In this document: in pieces, positions 28,527 through 37,348 of the stretch | Layout of the letters: each line of letters begins with the position of its first letter | Numbering within the stretch: position 1 is the first letter of the stretch | Made by a program: the position numbers and the translations under genes | Assembly (NCBI GenBank): GCA_027031185.1 | Contig: JALVEF010000158.1 | Location: 1 to 37,348 of the forward strand | Direction: 5' to 3' | DNA: 37,348 nt | Source: Saprospiraceae bacterium | GTDB lineage: Bacteria; Bacteroidota; Bacteroidia; Chitinophagales; Saprospiraceae | The notes under the pieces: generated by a model | What the model saw: the letters and a program-made list of their open reading frames with translations, nothing else | What the model was told of the DNA's origin: nothing | Database searches by the model: none

Positions 28527-29087
28527 ATGGACAACTACACGCCCACATTGAAGAAATATTATCACGAGACGATCGTCCCGGAGTTGATGAAACAGTTCAA
28601 CTACAAGTCTGCCATGCAGGTACCCCGTCTGGTAAAAATTACCATTAACCAGACCATCGGCGATGCCGTCTCCGACAAAAAGCTCATTGACAACGCCGCC
28701 GATGAGCTCGCCCTCATCACGGGCCAGCGTCCCGTCATTGTAAAGGCCAAGCGCTCAGTATCCAACTTCAAACTGCGGGAAGGAATGCCTATCGCCGCCA
28801 AAGTGACCCTGCGCAAAAACCGGATGTACGAGTTTTTGGAGCGTCTAATCATCATTGCCTTGCCCCGGGTACGCGACTTTCGCGGTATCAATGACAAAGG
28901 TTTTGATGGTCGTGGCAATTATTCCATGGGTATCAAAGAGCAGATCATCTTTCCGGAAATTAATCTGGACAAGGTCAATCGCATTGCCGGGATGGATATC
29001 TCCTTTGTGACGACCGCTAAGACGGATGCCGAATCCCTGGCATTGCTCAAGGCCTTTGGGATGCCGTTTAAAAACCAAAACAAATAA
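28527..29087 (+). CDS. rplE: 50S ribosomal protein L5
   Basis: Typical L5 sequence ([31 protein letters not shown]). Start trimmed to the ATG 1 nt after the rplX stop. Confidence 0.97.
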   Translation: MDNYTPTLKKYYHETIVPELMKQFNYKSAMQVPRLVKITINQTIGDAVSDKKLIDNAADELALITGQRPVIVKAKRSVSNFKLREGMPIAAKVTLRKNRMYEFLERLIIIALPRVRDFRGINDKGFDGRGNYSMGIKEQIIFPEINLDKVNRIAGMDISFVTTAKTDAESLALLKAFGMPFKNQNK

Positions 29088-29094
29088 GCGATTT

Positions 29095-29364
29095 ATGTCG
29101 AAGAAATCACTCATAGCACGCGAAAAAAAGCGCCAAAGAATGGTGGCTAAGTATGCGGAGCTGCGCAAAAAACTCAAAGAAGCGGGCGACTACGAAGCGC
29201 TCGATAAACTTCCGAAAAACGCATCTCCCGTGCGATTGCACAATCGCTGTCGTCTGACAGGCCGCCCGAAGGGGTACATGCGCAAATTCGGTATCAGCCG
29301 CGTGACTTTTCGCGAAATGGCTGTCGCCGGCAAAATACCGGGGATCACAAAAGCCAGTTGGTAA
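29095..29364 (+). CDS. rpsN: 30S ribosomal protein S14 (long, non-zinc form)
   Basis: [13 protein letters not shown] and [21 protein letters not shown]...W. Start trimmed. Confidence 0.97.
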   Translation: MSKKSLIAREKKRQRMVAKYAELRKKLKEAGDYEALDKLPKNASPVRLHNRCRLTGRPKGYMRKFGISRVTFREMAVAGKIPGITKASW

Positions 29365-29381
29365 CTCTCAAATCATCCATT

Positions 29382-29783
29382 ATGTTCGTGACCGACCCGA
29401 TAGCAGATTTTTTGACCCGTATCCGCAATGCGCAAGCGGCGGGGCATAAAGTGGTGGAGATCCCTGCCTCGAAAATGAAAAAGAGCATTACGAAGATTCT
29501 CTACGACCAAGGATACATCCTCAAATACAAATTTGAAGATGACAACAAGCAGGGAATCATCAAAATAGCCCTCAAATACGATCCGGTCACAAAAGAACCG
29601 GCCATCCGATCGCTGAAGCGCATCTCCAAGCCGGGTTTGCGCAAATACAGCGGCGTGAAAGACCTGCCGCGTGTGATCAATGGCTTGGGCATCGCTGTCG
29701 TCTCTACATCCAAGGGAGTGATGACCGACAAGGATGCCCGAAAACAAAACCTGGGGGGCGAAGTCATTTGTACCATTTACTAA
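29382..29783 (+). CDS. rpsH: 30S ribosomal protein S8
   Basis: (M)[16 protein letters not shown]. Start trimmed. Confidence 0.97.
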   Translation: MFVTDPIADFLTRIRNAQAAGHKVVEIPASKMKKSITKILYDQGYILKYKFEDDNKQGIIKIALKYDPVTKEPAIRSLKRISKPGLRKYSGVKDLPRVINGLGIAVVSTSKGVMTDKDARKQNLGGEVICTIY

Positions 29784-29803
29784 TACTGAAGACGTCTGAA
29801 GCC

Positions 29804-30367
29804 ATGTCCAGAATAGGAAAAGCACCCATCACCATCCCTGACAAGGTAGAAATCACTGTGGATACTGCCAATGTCGTCACGGTCAAAGGACCCAAAGGAA
29901 GCCTGACGCAGGCCGTGGACCCTGACCTGTCTATTGAAATCAACGACGGCGTTCTGGTAGTAAAAAGGCCCACAGACCAAAAACGTCACAAAGCCATGCA
30001 CGGGCTTTATCGCTCGCTTATCAACAATATGGTCGTGGGTGTGTCAGAAGGTTTTGTCAAAGAACTGGAGCTGGTAGGTGTCGGTTATCGCGCTTCCAAC
30101 AAAGGCAATCTGCTCGAAATACAAGTGGGTTATTCGCACCCTATCATGTTTTATGTTCCTGACGAAATCAAGGTCTCGACCACATCAGAAAAAAAAGGAC
30201 AATCCAGCGTAACCACCATTAAGTTGGAGAGCATTGATAAACAACTCCTAGGGCAGGTCGCTGCCAAAATCAGAGGTTTCCGTAAGCCCGAACCTTACAA
30301 AGGCAAAGGGATCAGATACAAAGGTGAAATCCTGCGCCGTAAAGCAGGTAAAAAAGCTGCTAAATAA
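29804..30367 (+). CDS. rplF: 50S ribosomal protein L6
   Basis: MSRIGKAPITIP and VGVGYRA. Start trimmed. Confidence 0.97.
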   Translation: MSRIGKAPITIPDKVEITVDTANVVTVKGPKGSLTQAVDPDLSIEINDGVLVVKRPTDQKRHKAMHGLYRSLINNMVVGVSEGFVKELELVGVGYRASNKGNLLEIQVGYSHPIMFYVPDEIKVSTTSEKKGQSSVTTIKLESIDKQLLGQVAAKIRGFRKPEPYKGKGIRYKGEILRRKAGKKAAK

Positions 30368-30379
30368 CCGTCAAGAACC

Positions 30380-30724
30380 ATGGCACAACGACTCACCAGA
30401 AGAAAACGCATTCATTACCGCATCCGAAAGAAGGTGCGTGGTACCGCTCAGCGGCCCCGTCTCAATGTCTTCCGGAGCAATAATCATATCTACTGCCAGC
30501 TCATTGATGACCTGCGGGGATATACGCTTGCTTCTGCATCTTCGCGCGAGCTAAAGGAGAAACTGCCTAAAAAAGATATGGCCAAAAAGGTCGGGGAGCT
30601 GATCGCCGAAAGAGCTTTGGCCAAATCCATTCATGAAGTGGTCTTTGATCGCGGGGGCTATCTTTATCACGGCCGTGTCAAGGCTTTGGCCGATGGGGCA
30701 CGCGAAAAAGGAATTAAATTCTAA
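30380..30724 (+). CDS. rplR: 50S ribosomal protein L18
   Basis: [20 protein letters not shown] and [21 protein letters not shown]. Confidence 0.97.
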   Translation: MAQRLTRRKRIHYRIRKKVRGTAQRPRLNVFRSNNHIYCQLIDDLRGYTLASASSRELKEKLPKKDMAKKVGELIAERALAKSIHEVVFDRGGYLYHGRVKALADGAREKGIKF

Positions 30725-30730
30725 TTTGCA

Positions 30731-31270
30731 ATGGAGAGAAAACGAAATACACGAGGCCGTCAGCCACAGGCCAAGGTAGGTGCTCAGGAGTCCAGTCTCG
30801 AAGATCGTTTGGTGACTGTCAACCGGGTCGCCAAAGTGACCAAAGGGGGCCGGACTTTCAGCTTTGCAGCCATTGTCGTAGTGGGAGATCGCGACGGCAC
30901 CGTCGGGCACGGTTTGGGTAAGGCTCGCCAGGTTTCTGATGCAATTGCAAAGGCCACCGAAGATGCCAAACGGAATCTGGTCAAAGTGCCGGTGTACAAC
31001 GGGCGCATTCCTCATGAGCAGCATGGTAAGTACAGCGCGGCCAGAGTCTTTATCAAGCCCGCATCTGATGGTACCGGTGTGATCGCCGGGGGGGCTATGC
31101 GGGCCGTGCTCGAGTTGGCCGGTGTGCACAATGTCCTGGCCAAGTCCATTGGCTCATCCAACCCGCACAATGTAGTAAAAGCCACTATTGATGCCCTGCT
31201 CAAAATGCGCGATCCGAAAATGGTCGCCAAAACCAGAAACATCCCGGTGAGCAAAGTCTTTAACGGTTAA
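30731..31270 (+). CDS. rpsE: 30S ribosomal protein S5
   Basis: [12 protein letters not shown] and [16 protein letters not shown]. Confidence 0.97.
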   Translation: MERKRNTRGRQPQAKVGAQESSLEDRLVTVNRVAKVTKGGRTFSFAAIVVVGDRDGTVGHGLGKARQVSDAIAKATEDAKRNLVKVPVYNGRIPHEQHGKYSAARVFIKPASDGTGVIAGGAMRAVLELAGVHNVLAKSIGSSNPHNVVKATIDALLKMRDPKMVAKTRNIPVSKVFNG

Positions 31271-31281
31271 ATCGAATCGCC

Positions 31282-31464
31282 ATGGGGAAAGTACGCGTCA
31301 CTCAGATAAAAAGTGCCATTGACCGCAGCAAAAAGCAGAAAGATACACTCAGAGCACTGGGCCTGCGTCGTATCGGACACACTGTCGAACACAACCTGAC
31401 ACCCCAGATTAAGGGGATGATTGCCAAAGTGGCTCATTTGGTCAGCGTGGAAGAACAACAGTAA
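31282..31464 (+). CDS. rpmD: 50S ribosomal protein L30
   Basis: VRVTQIKSAIDRSKKQKDTLRALGLRRI. Confidence 0.96.
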   Translation: MGKVRVTQIKSAIDRSKKQKDTLRALGLRRIGHTVEHNLTPQIKGMIAKVAHLVSVEEQQ

Positions 31465-31492
31465 GTATTAACGTTCTAATAGTGCACAGCAG

Positions 31493-31942
31493 ATGAAGTT
31501 ACACGAAATAAAACCGGCAAAAGGAGCTGTCCATCGCGGCAAACGCGTAGGAAGAGGACAGGGTAGTGGCAAGGGTGGTACATCCAAGCGTGGCCACAAA
31601 GGACAAAAGTCCCGATCTGGGTATAGTCGCAAGCGTGGTTTTGAGGGTGGACAATTGCCCTTACAGCAAAGACTCCCCAAGCGGGGATTCAAGCCGCGCA
31701 ACCGCACGGAGTATGTGCCGTTAAACTTGTCCAGAATTCAAGCCATTGCTGATAAATACGGCTTGGAGACTATTACCGTGGCTACGCTCGTCGAAAAGGG
31801 TATCCTGAAAAAGAAAGAGCTGGTGAAAGTACTCGCATACGGTGAGCTCAATAAAGCCATTTCGGTCGAGGCGCATGCTGCTTCTGCAAAGGCTGTGGAG
31901 GCTATCCGTCAGATGGGTGGAGAGGTCTCCATTGTCAAATAA
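31493..31942 (+). CDS. rplO: 50S ribosomal protein L15
   Basis: KRVGRGQGSGKGGTSKRGHKGQKSRSG. Confidence 0.97.
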   Translation: MKLHEIKPAKGAVHRGKRVGRGQGSGKGGTSKRGHKGQKSRSGYSRKRGFEGGQLPLQQRLPKRGFKPRNRTEYVPLNLSRIQAIADKYGLETITVATLVEKGILKKKELVKVLAYGELNKAISVEAHAASAKAVEAIRQMGGEVSIVK

Positions 31943-32039
31943 TCCATACCGCACCTGTCGAAACGCCGGGACGAGAAGACGAAGCATTCAATACAGTCAA
32001 CGATTTCTGCGAGCCGCTCTTGCCGCCGAAATCCGCTAA

Positions 32040-33410
32040 ATGGAACGAATGAAACGACTGATAAAAACGCTCAAAAATATCTGGGAAATCGAAGAACTCC
32101 GCAAGCGGATTCTTTTGACTTTGGGCTTGGTATTTGTTTATCGTGTAGGTGCCTTTGTCGTCCTGCCCGGTGTGGTCCCCTCCAAAATCTCTGCCGGTAA
32201 CCCCGACAACCCTGGAGACCTACTGCAGATCATCAACATATTTACCGGCGGGGCTTTCCAGGCGGCTTCCATCTTTGCGCTTGGCATTATGCCCTATATC
32301 ACCGCCTCCATTATTGTCCAGGTGCTGGGCTTTGCCGTGCCATACTTCCAGCGCCTTCAGACCAAGGAAGGCGAATCCGGTCGGAAAAAGATAAATCAGA
32401 TCACCCGGCTGCTCACCGTCTTTATTACATTGGCTCAGGGTACGGCCTACTTGACTATGATTGCCCGGCAGGGGGCTGTGGATCCCAACGTCGGTCAAGG
32501 TACATTTTGGTTTTCAGGTATCGTTATCCTGACCACAGGCACCATTTTCGCCATGTGGCTGGGTGAGCGTATTACCGAGCGAGGCATCGGCAATGGCGTC
32601 TCGCTTTTGATTCTCATCGGTATCATCGCCCGCCTGCCCCAGGCCTTTGTTGCCGAGTTTACCTCTAAGATCGGGGGCAGTGGCAGTGGCTTGATTGGGT
32701 TGATCCTCGAGATGGTCTTTTTGTTCTTGGTCGTCTTAGCAGCCGTCATGATCACCCAGGCTGTGCGGCGCATACCCATACAGTATGCCAAAAAAATGGT
32801 TGGGCGTACCTCCACCAACATGCCGCTGGCCGGTGTACGGGACTTTATCCCGGTCAAACTCAATGCTTCCGGCGTCATGCCGATTATCTTCGCACAGGCC
32901 TTGATGATTTTGCCCACGATGTTGGGACGGACGGTGGCTGGTTCTTCCAATGCCCTGGTCATTGCGCTGGGGGATTTTACATCCATCCCATACAATGTCA
33001 TATACTTCATTCTGATCGTAATCTTTACGTACGTCTATACGGCTTTGATCGTCAATCCTAAAGATTACGCCGACTATCTGAAACGTCAGAATGCGTTTAT
33101 TCCGGGTGTAAAGCCGGGCAGCGCCACTGCTGAGTTTATTGACCGTATCGTCAGCCGCATTACCCTGCCGGGTGCCATTATGCTGGGTATCATTGCCATT
33201 ATGCCGGCCTTTGCGAGTACTTTTGGGGTGTCGCGCAGTTTTGCGTACTTCTTTGGTGGCACTTCGCTCCTGATCTTGGTGGGTGTGGCACTGGATACGC
33301 TGCAGCAGATTGAGAGCTACCTGCTGATGAAGAAGTATGACGGCCTGATCAAGTCCGGCAAGCTCCAGGGCCGTAGCGGAGGCATCCAGGGTATCGGCGC
33401 CAGTATGTAA
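32040..33410 (+). CDS. secY: Preprotein translocase subunit SecY
   Basis: Ten-TM profile with ELRKRILLTLGLVFVYRVG and SIFALGIMPYITASII. The start is ATG 32040 or ATG 32049. Confidence 0.97.
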   Translation: MERMKRLIKTLKNIWEIEELRKRILLTLGLVFVYRVGAFVVLPGVVPSKISAGNPDNPGDLLQIINIFTGGAFQAASIFALGIMPYITASIIVQVLGFAVPYFQRLQTKEGESGRKKINQITRLLTVFITLAQGTAYLTMIARQGAVDPNVGQGTFWFSGIVILTTGTIFAMWLGERITERGIGNGVSLLILIGIIARLPQAFVAEFTSKIGGSGSGLIGLILEMVFLFLVVLAAVMITQAVRRIPIQYAKKMVGRTSTNMPLAGVRDFIPVKLNASGVMPIIFAQALMILPTMLGRTVAGSSNALVIALGDFTSIPYNVIYFILIVIFTYVYTALIVNPKDYADYLKRQNAFIPGVKPGSATAEFIDRIVSRITLPGAIMLGIIAIMPAFASTFGVSRSFAYFFGGTSLLILVGVALDTLQQIESYLLMKKYDGLIKSGKLQGRSGGIQGIGASM

Positions 33411-33433
33411 GAGGCCTATTGAGCCGGCATCCA

Positions 33434-34231
33434 ATGATCTACTACAAAACAGAAGAAGAAATCGCCCTGATTCGGCAGAGTTGTCTGCTGGTGTGCGAGA
33501 CCCTAGCACACGTGGCTTCGTTGATAAAACCCGGGGTGACAGGTCTGGATATTGACAAAGAAGCAGAGCAGTTTATTAGAGACAAGGGAGGAGAGCCGGG
33601 TTTTAAAGGGTACAGAGGCTTTCCTGCTACGCTCTGCGTCTCCATCAACGAACAAGTCGTACATGGGATCCCCTCCGGGCGTGCGTTTCGTGAAGGAGAC
33701 ATTATCTCCGTGGATTGTGGTGTGGTACTCAACGGCTACAACGGCGATGCGGCCTATACCTTTGCACTCGGTGACGTCCCGGAAGAGACTATGAATCTGC
33801 TCCGGGTCACCAAAGAGGCACTATACCGGGGTATTGCCCAGGCAGTCAAAGGCAACCGCATCGGGGATATTGGCTATGCCATCCAGTCCTATACCGAGTA
33901 TGAGCATGGCTATGGTGTCGTGCGCGAGTTGGTCGGTCACGGTATTGGTAAGTCACTGCACGAGGACCCGGAAGTACCCAATTTTGGACGGCGCGGCAAG
34001 GGGGTTTTATTGAAGGAGAATCTCACCATTGCCATTGAGCCGATGATCAACCTGGGTACCAAGCACATTGTACAAGCCGATGACGGTTGGACTATTCGCA
34101 CCAAAGACAGCAAACCCTCCGCGCACTATGAGCATACGGTGGTCGTTCGCAAGGAAAAGGCCGAGATTTTGTCGGATCATACCGTGATCGAAGAAAAAGT
34201 AAAAACCAACAAAGAATTGAAGCAAGTTTAG
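33434..34231 (+). CDS. map: Type I methionine aminopeptidase
   Basis: VHGIP, D.G..LNGYNGD, HGIG and IEP metal-ligand context. Start trimmed to the ATG at 33434. Confidence 0.95.
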   Translation: MIYYKTEEEIALIRQSCLLVCETLAHVASLIKPGVTGLDIDKEAEQFIRDKGGEPGFKGYRGFPATLCVSINEQVVHGIPSGRAFREGDIISVDCGVVLNGYNGDAAYTFALGDVPEETMNLLRVTKEALYRGIAQAVKGNRIGDIGYAIQSYTEYEHGYGVVRELVGHGIGKSLHEDPEVPNFGRRGKGVLLKENLTIAIEPMINLGTKHIVQADDGWTIRTKDSKPSAHYEHTVVVRKEKAEILSDHTVIEEKVKTNKELKQV

Positions 34232-34242
34232 GAAAAAAAGCC

Positions 34243-34250
34243 TATCTTTG
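34243..34250 (+). promoter_or_regulatory. Candidate -7 promoter box TATCTTTG upstream of infA
   Basis: Exact TAnnTTTG match preceded by an A7 tract, 17 nt before the infA ATG. Confidence 0.5.
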
Positions 34251-34267
34251 CGCTCCGAATTTGGAAT

Positions 34268-34486
34268 ATGGCAAAGCAGGAACTAATTAAACAAGATGGC
34301 GTCGTTGAGGAAGCCTTGTCAAACGCTATGTTTCGCGTGCGTTTGGAGAACGGCCATCTCATCACGACTACCATTTCCGGCAAAATGCGTATGCACTACA
34401 TCCGCATATTGCCGGGAGATAAGGTGGCGGTAGAGATTTCGCCCTATGACTTGACGCGGGGGCGCATTACCTACCGCTACAAGTAG
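34268..34486 (+). CDS. infA: Translation initiation factor IF-1
   Basis: [20 protein letters not shown]...[16 protein letters not shown] (S1-like fold). Confidence 0.98.
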   Translation: MAKQELIKQDGVVEEALSNAMFRVRLENGHLITTTISGKMRMHYIRILPGDKVAVEISPYDLTRGRITYRYK

Positions 34487-34567
34487 TATGGTCCGGCCCC
34501 TGTCGCGAAGCCGGAGGGGTGGTTTGTGCTTTGACAACAGTTGCCTGACAATAAAACAGAACTTGAA

Positions 34568-34684
34568 ATGAAAGTGAGAGCATCCGTCAAGAAGCGTTCT
34601 AGCACGAGCAAAATCGTGCGTCGCAAGGGACGCATTTATGTGATTGACAAGCAGAATCCAAGGTTTAAACAACGTCAAGGCTAA
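34568..34684 (+). CDS. rpmJ: 50S ribosomal protein L36 (Cys-less form)
   Basis: Not in the ORF track because it is under 60 aa. Hand translation gives [38 protein letters not shown], 38 aa. It lies between infA and rpsM as expected. Confidence 0.95.
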   Translation: MKVRASVKKRSSTSKIVRRKGRIYVIDKQNPRFKQRQG

Positions 34685-34690
34685 GGCGAT

Positions 34691-35068
34691 ATGGCACGAA
34701 TTGCAGGTATTGATCTTCCGAAGAACAAGGCCGGTGTCATCGGTCTGACTTATATCTTTGGTATCGGCCGCTCGTCGGCCAAAGCTATTTTGGACAAGGC
34801 CGGTATTGATCCCAACATCAAGGTCAAGGACTGGGCCGATGACCAGATCCTGGCCATCTCCAAAATTATCAGCAACGAATACACCGTTGAGGGTGAGTTG
34901 CGCTCCGAAGTACAGGCCAATATCAAGCGTCTGATGGATATTGTCAGCTATCGCGGTTTGCGCCATCGCAAGGGACTGCCGGTACGAGGGCAGCGGACCA
35001 AGACCAATGCACGTACCCGGAAAGGTAAGCGCAAGACCGTAGCGGGCAAGAAGAAAGTCACTAAATAA
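34691..35068 (+). CDS. rpsM: 30S ribosomal protein S13
   Basis: [10 protein letters not shown] and [23 protein letters not shown]. Confidence 0.98.
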   Translation: MARIAGIDLPKNKAGVIGLTYIFGIGRSSAKAILDKAGIDPNIKVKDWADDQILAISKIISNEYTVEGELRSEVQANIKRLMDIVSYRGLRHRKGLPVRGQRTKTNARTRKGKRKTVAGKKKVTK

Positions 35069-35082
35069 CTAACCGTCACAAC

Positions 35083-35469
35083 ATGGCAAAGGGTAGAAAA
35101 CAGTCCAAAAAGAAACTGCGCGTGGAGCCGGAAGGCCGGGTATATATTCAGGCGAGTTTTAACAATATCATCATCACGATCACGGACAAGGCCGGCAAGG
35201 TCATCAGCTGGTCTTCTGCAGGTAAGGCGGGTTTCCGCGGTTCAAAGAAAAACACGCCGTATGCCGCCCAAGTGGCAGCCAATGATTGCGGAAAAATTGC
35301 CCACAACGCGGGCATGAGACGGGCCGAAGTGTTCGTAAAAGGGCCGGGATCCGGGCGCGAAGCGGCCATCCGTGCCATTGATCAGTTGGGCATCAAGATC
35401 TTCCGTATCGTGGATGTTACCCCCATTCCCCATAATGGTTGTCGCCCACCCAAGCGTCGTCGCGTCTAA
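35083..35469 (+). CDS. rpsK: 30S ribosomal protein S11
   Basis: [14 protein letters not shown] and [12 protein letters not shown]. Confidence 0.98.
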   Translation: MAKGRKQSKKKLRVEPEGRVYIQASFNNIIITITDKAGKVISWSSAGKAGFRGSKKNTPYAAQVAANDCGKIAHNAGMRRAEVFVKGPGSGREAAIRAIDQLGIKIFRIVDVTPIPHNGCRPPKRRRV

Positions 35470-35495
35470 TCTTAACAATTGAAAGCAACTTAACT

Positions 35496-36107
35496 ATGGC
35501 CAGATATACCGGACCCACCACCAAAAAAGCAAGAGCCATCGGTGAGCCTATTTTCGGCTTTGACAAGAGTTTTGAGAGAAAGAAATATCCCCCCGGCCAA
35601 CACGGCCAGAGCCGGCGCCGGCAGAAGTCCAACTACGGGCTTCAGCTCATGGAAAAACAAAAGGCCAAATATACTTATGGCCTGCTCGAGCGTCAGTTTC
35701 GCAACCTTTTCAAAAAAGCCGCGCGCAAGCAAGGTGTCACCGGCGAAATCCTGCTCCAGTACCTCGAAGCCCGCTTGGACAACACGGTCTTTCGCCTTGG
35801 TATGGCCCCCACGCGGCGGGCTGCCCGTCAGCTCGTGACCCACAAGAATATCATGGTCAATGGCGCCCTGGTCAATATACCTTCATATCAGCTCCGCCCC
35901 GGGGATGTCGTTTCTGTTCGTGCCAAGTCAAGGGGCAAAGAAGTCATCGTTCGGTCTATCGAACAAAACGCACCCGCCACCAAGAAATATTCCTGGCTCG
36001 AAATGAACCCGGATACCATGACAGGCGTTTTTCTGGCCTACCCTCAACGACATGAAATCCCGGAGAACATCAACGAGCAACTGATCGTTGAGCTGTACTC
36101 CAAGTAG
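35496..36107 (+). CDS. rpsD: 30S ribosomal protein S4
   Basis: [17 protein letters not shown] and an S4 domain ([10 protein letters not shown]). Start trimmed. Confidence 0.97.
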   Translation: MARYTGPTTKKARAIGEPIFGFDKSFERKKYPPGQHGQSRRRQKSNYGLQLMEKQKAKYTYGLLERQFRNLFKKAARKQGVTGEILLQYLEARLDNTVFRLGMAPTRRAARQLVTHKNIMVNGALVNIPSYQLRPGDVVSVRAKSRGKEVIVRSIEQNAPATKKYSWLEMNPDTMTGVFLAYPQRHEIPENINEQLIVELYSK

Positions 36108-36148
36108 GTTGAATTTCTCCTATTTTTCATCAGAAAACTCCACCACCC

Positions 36149-37147
36149 ATGGGTATTATTCCGTTCACTAAACCCGAAAAAATCCTTCTTCAAAAAGCCA
36201 ATGACTTTGAAGGATCTTTTGAGTTCAAGCCCCTTGAACCGGGTTATGGGCAGACCATTGGCAATTCGCTCCGCCGCATTCTCCTTTCATCTTTGCCGGG
36301 ATTTGCCATCTCTGCTGTTCGTATTGGCGGCGTACAGCACGAATTTTCTGCCATCAAAGGGGTGGTCGAAGATGTTGTGGATATCATCCTCAACATCAAA
36401 CAAGTGCGCCTCAAATCCCTCCTCCCCGAAGAAGACCAAAAAGACGAAGAGAAAGTCTATCTGACTATCTCCGGCAAGGACGTATTTACTGCCGGTGATA
36501 TTGCTGATTTTACATCCGCCTTTGAAGTCACTAATCCCGATTTGGTTATTTGCCGGATGGAGCCCTCCGTCAGCTTGGAGATTGAGCTGACAATCACCAA
36601 GGGCAGGGGTTATGTTCTTGCGGATGAGAATTTGCCCGAAAACGCACCCATCGGACTGATTCCGGTGGATGCTACCTATACGCCTATTAAGAAGGTGGCC
36701 TATCGCGTCGAAAGTACGCGTGTCGGCCAGCGCACCGACTTCGAGAAGCTCATCATAGAGATCAAAACCGACGGGACTATCCACCCCGAAAAAGCGCTCA
36801 AAGATGCCGCCCGCATTATGGTACAGCATCTCATGCTCATCACGGATGAGAATATGACCTTCGAGGACGAAGTCACCAAGGAAGAGCAAGTCGTGGATGA
36901 GCACATCTTGCACATGCGCAAGCTGCTCAAAACGCCGCTTGATGATTTGGACTTGTCCGTCCGTGCTTACAATTGCCTCAAAGGGGCCAAAATCGAAACG
37001 CTCGGAGACCTGGTCCAATACGATACCCACAAGCTGCTCAAGTTCCGCAACTTCGGTAAAAAATCACTCGTCGAAATCGAAGACCTCCTCACCGAGAAGG
37101 GACTCACTTTCGGCATGGACTTGTCCAAATACAAGCTGGACGAATAA
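36149..37147 (+). CDS. rpoA: DNA-directed RNA polymerase subunit alpha
   Basis: GYGQTIGNSLRRILLSSL and a C-terminal domain with LSVRAYNCLK...FRNFGKKSL. Confidence 0.98.
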   Translation: MGIIPFTKPEKILLQKANDFEGSFEFKPLEPGYGQTIGNSLRRILLSSLPGFAISAVRIGGVQHEFSAIKGVVEDVVDIILNIKQVRLKSLLPEEDQKDEEKVYLTISGKDVFTAGDIADFTSAFEVTNPDLVICRMEPSVSLEIELTITKGRGYVLADENLPENAPIGLIPVDATYTPIKKVAYRVESTRVGQRTDFEKLIIEIKTDGTIHPEKALKDAARIMVQHLMLITDENMTFEDEVTKEEQVVDEHILHMRKLLKTPLDDLDLSVRAYNCLKGAKIETLGDLVQYDTHKLLKFRNFGKKSLVEIEDLLTEKGLTFGMDLSKYKLDE

Positions 37148-37154
37148 TAAACCG

Positions 37155-37185
37155 TACGGGGCGCACGCCCCGTAAACTTTTTTTT
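37155..37185 (+). terminator. Rho-independent terminator after rpoA
   Basis: 9-bp GC-rich stem TACGGGGCG / CGCCCCGTA with a 2-nt loop, then AAC and T8. Confidence 0.8.
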
Positions 37186-37348
37186 GTAACTGTTTAGGTA
37201 CCCGCTGTTTTTGCGCTAAAATGGCCTTTTTGCCCCTGTTTTTGCAAAAATTTTCTCACGTAGCGCTGCTACGCATCGAAAATTTTTGCTTCAACAGGAA
37301 CAAAAATGCCTATTTTATCCCTAAAAACAGGAGCACCCAAACAGTTAC
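37186..37348. repeat. 163-bp full-length member of the nested imperfect-palindrome repeat family (MITE-like); reaches the window end
   Basis: GTAACTGTTTAGGTACCCGCTG...CAGGAGCACCCAAACAGTTAC. The roughly 55-nt arms are imperfect inverted repeats of each other around a central CGTAGC-GCT-GCTACG hairpin. The arms recur at 9167-9271 and 18805-18862. Confidence 0.8.

Noticed and set aside
34568-34684. L36 lacking the usual CxxC...CxxxH zinc ligands.
   Set aside because: Cys-less L36 with KKRS...KIVRRKGR is, to my knowledge, the common form in this phylum, so it is not evidence of a paralogue switch.
9167-37348. Whether the three related repeats could be a CRISPR array or its remnants.
   Set aside because: The copies are 9-18 kb apart, differ in length, are themselves long palindromes with inverted termini, and have no regularly spaced spacers or cas genes nearby.

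Overview
This 37.3-kb window looks like core chromosome of a Bacteroidota bacterium, at roughly 50-55% GC by eye. The phylum call rests on the gldK/L/M/N and porP genes, on rpsJ being fused to the rpsL-rpsG-fusA unit with no tuf, on the absence of adk between secY and map, on a Cys-less L36, and on recurrent TAnnTTTG -7 boxes with no Shine-Dalgarno sequences.

Gene content, left to right:
- atpD (5'-truncated by the window edge), atpC and aroA.
- A minus-strand cluster of tdk, coaX, an outer-membrane beta-barrel gene and two tandem divergent Cys-rich TPR-like envelope paralogues, ending in a beta-barrel-like ORF that lacks a signal peptide.
- A plus-strand run of a hypothetical gene, pfkA, a rhomboid protease, a 90-aa hypothetical and an MBL-fold hydrolase.
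- The type IX secretion / gliding core porP-gldK-gldL-gldM-gldN.
- A 777-bp non-coding gap.
- The complete str/S10/spc/alpha ribosomal-protein supercluster from rpsL to rpoA (30 r-protein genes plus fusA, secY, map and infA; rpmJ was missing from the ORF track and was found by hand).

Every ORF of about 200 aa or more is explained either by a recognisable housekeeping or T9SS protein, or as an antisense shadow of one. I see no tRNA, rRNA, CRISPR array, integrase or transposase, toxin-antitoxin pair or defence-island architecture, and no convincing novel multi-gene system.

The observations most worth following up are non-coding:
1. A nested family of imperfect-palindrome repeats (58, 105 and 163 bp) with GTAAC...GTTAC termini. 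Both copies whose two flanks are visible carry 8-bp flanking direct repeats, which is a MITE-like signature.
2. A GC-rich, apparently non-coding segment upstream of rpsL, with a 12-bp long-range stem.
3. Near-identical A-tract plus CGTACCTTTGC promoter-like modules upstream of rpsL and inside the S10 cluster (between rpsC and rplP), with a related one before infA.
4. A 157-bp rpsJ-rplC spacer containing a perfect 11-bp hairpin.

All protein calls come from motif recognition in the supplied translations. No database search was possible.
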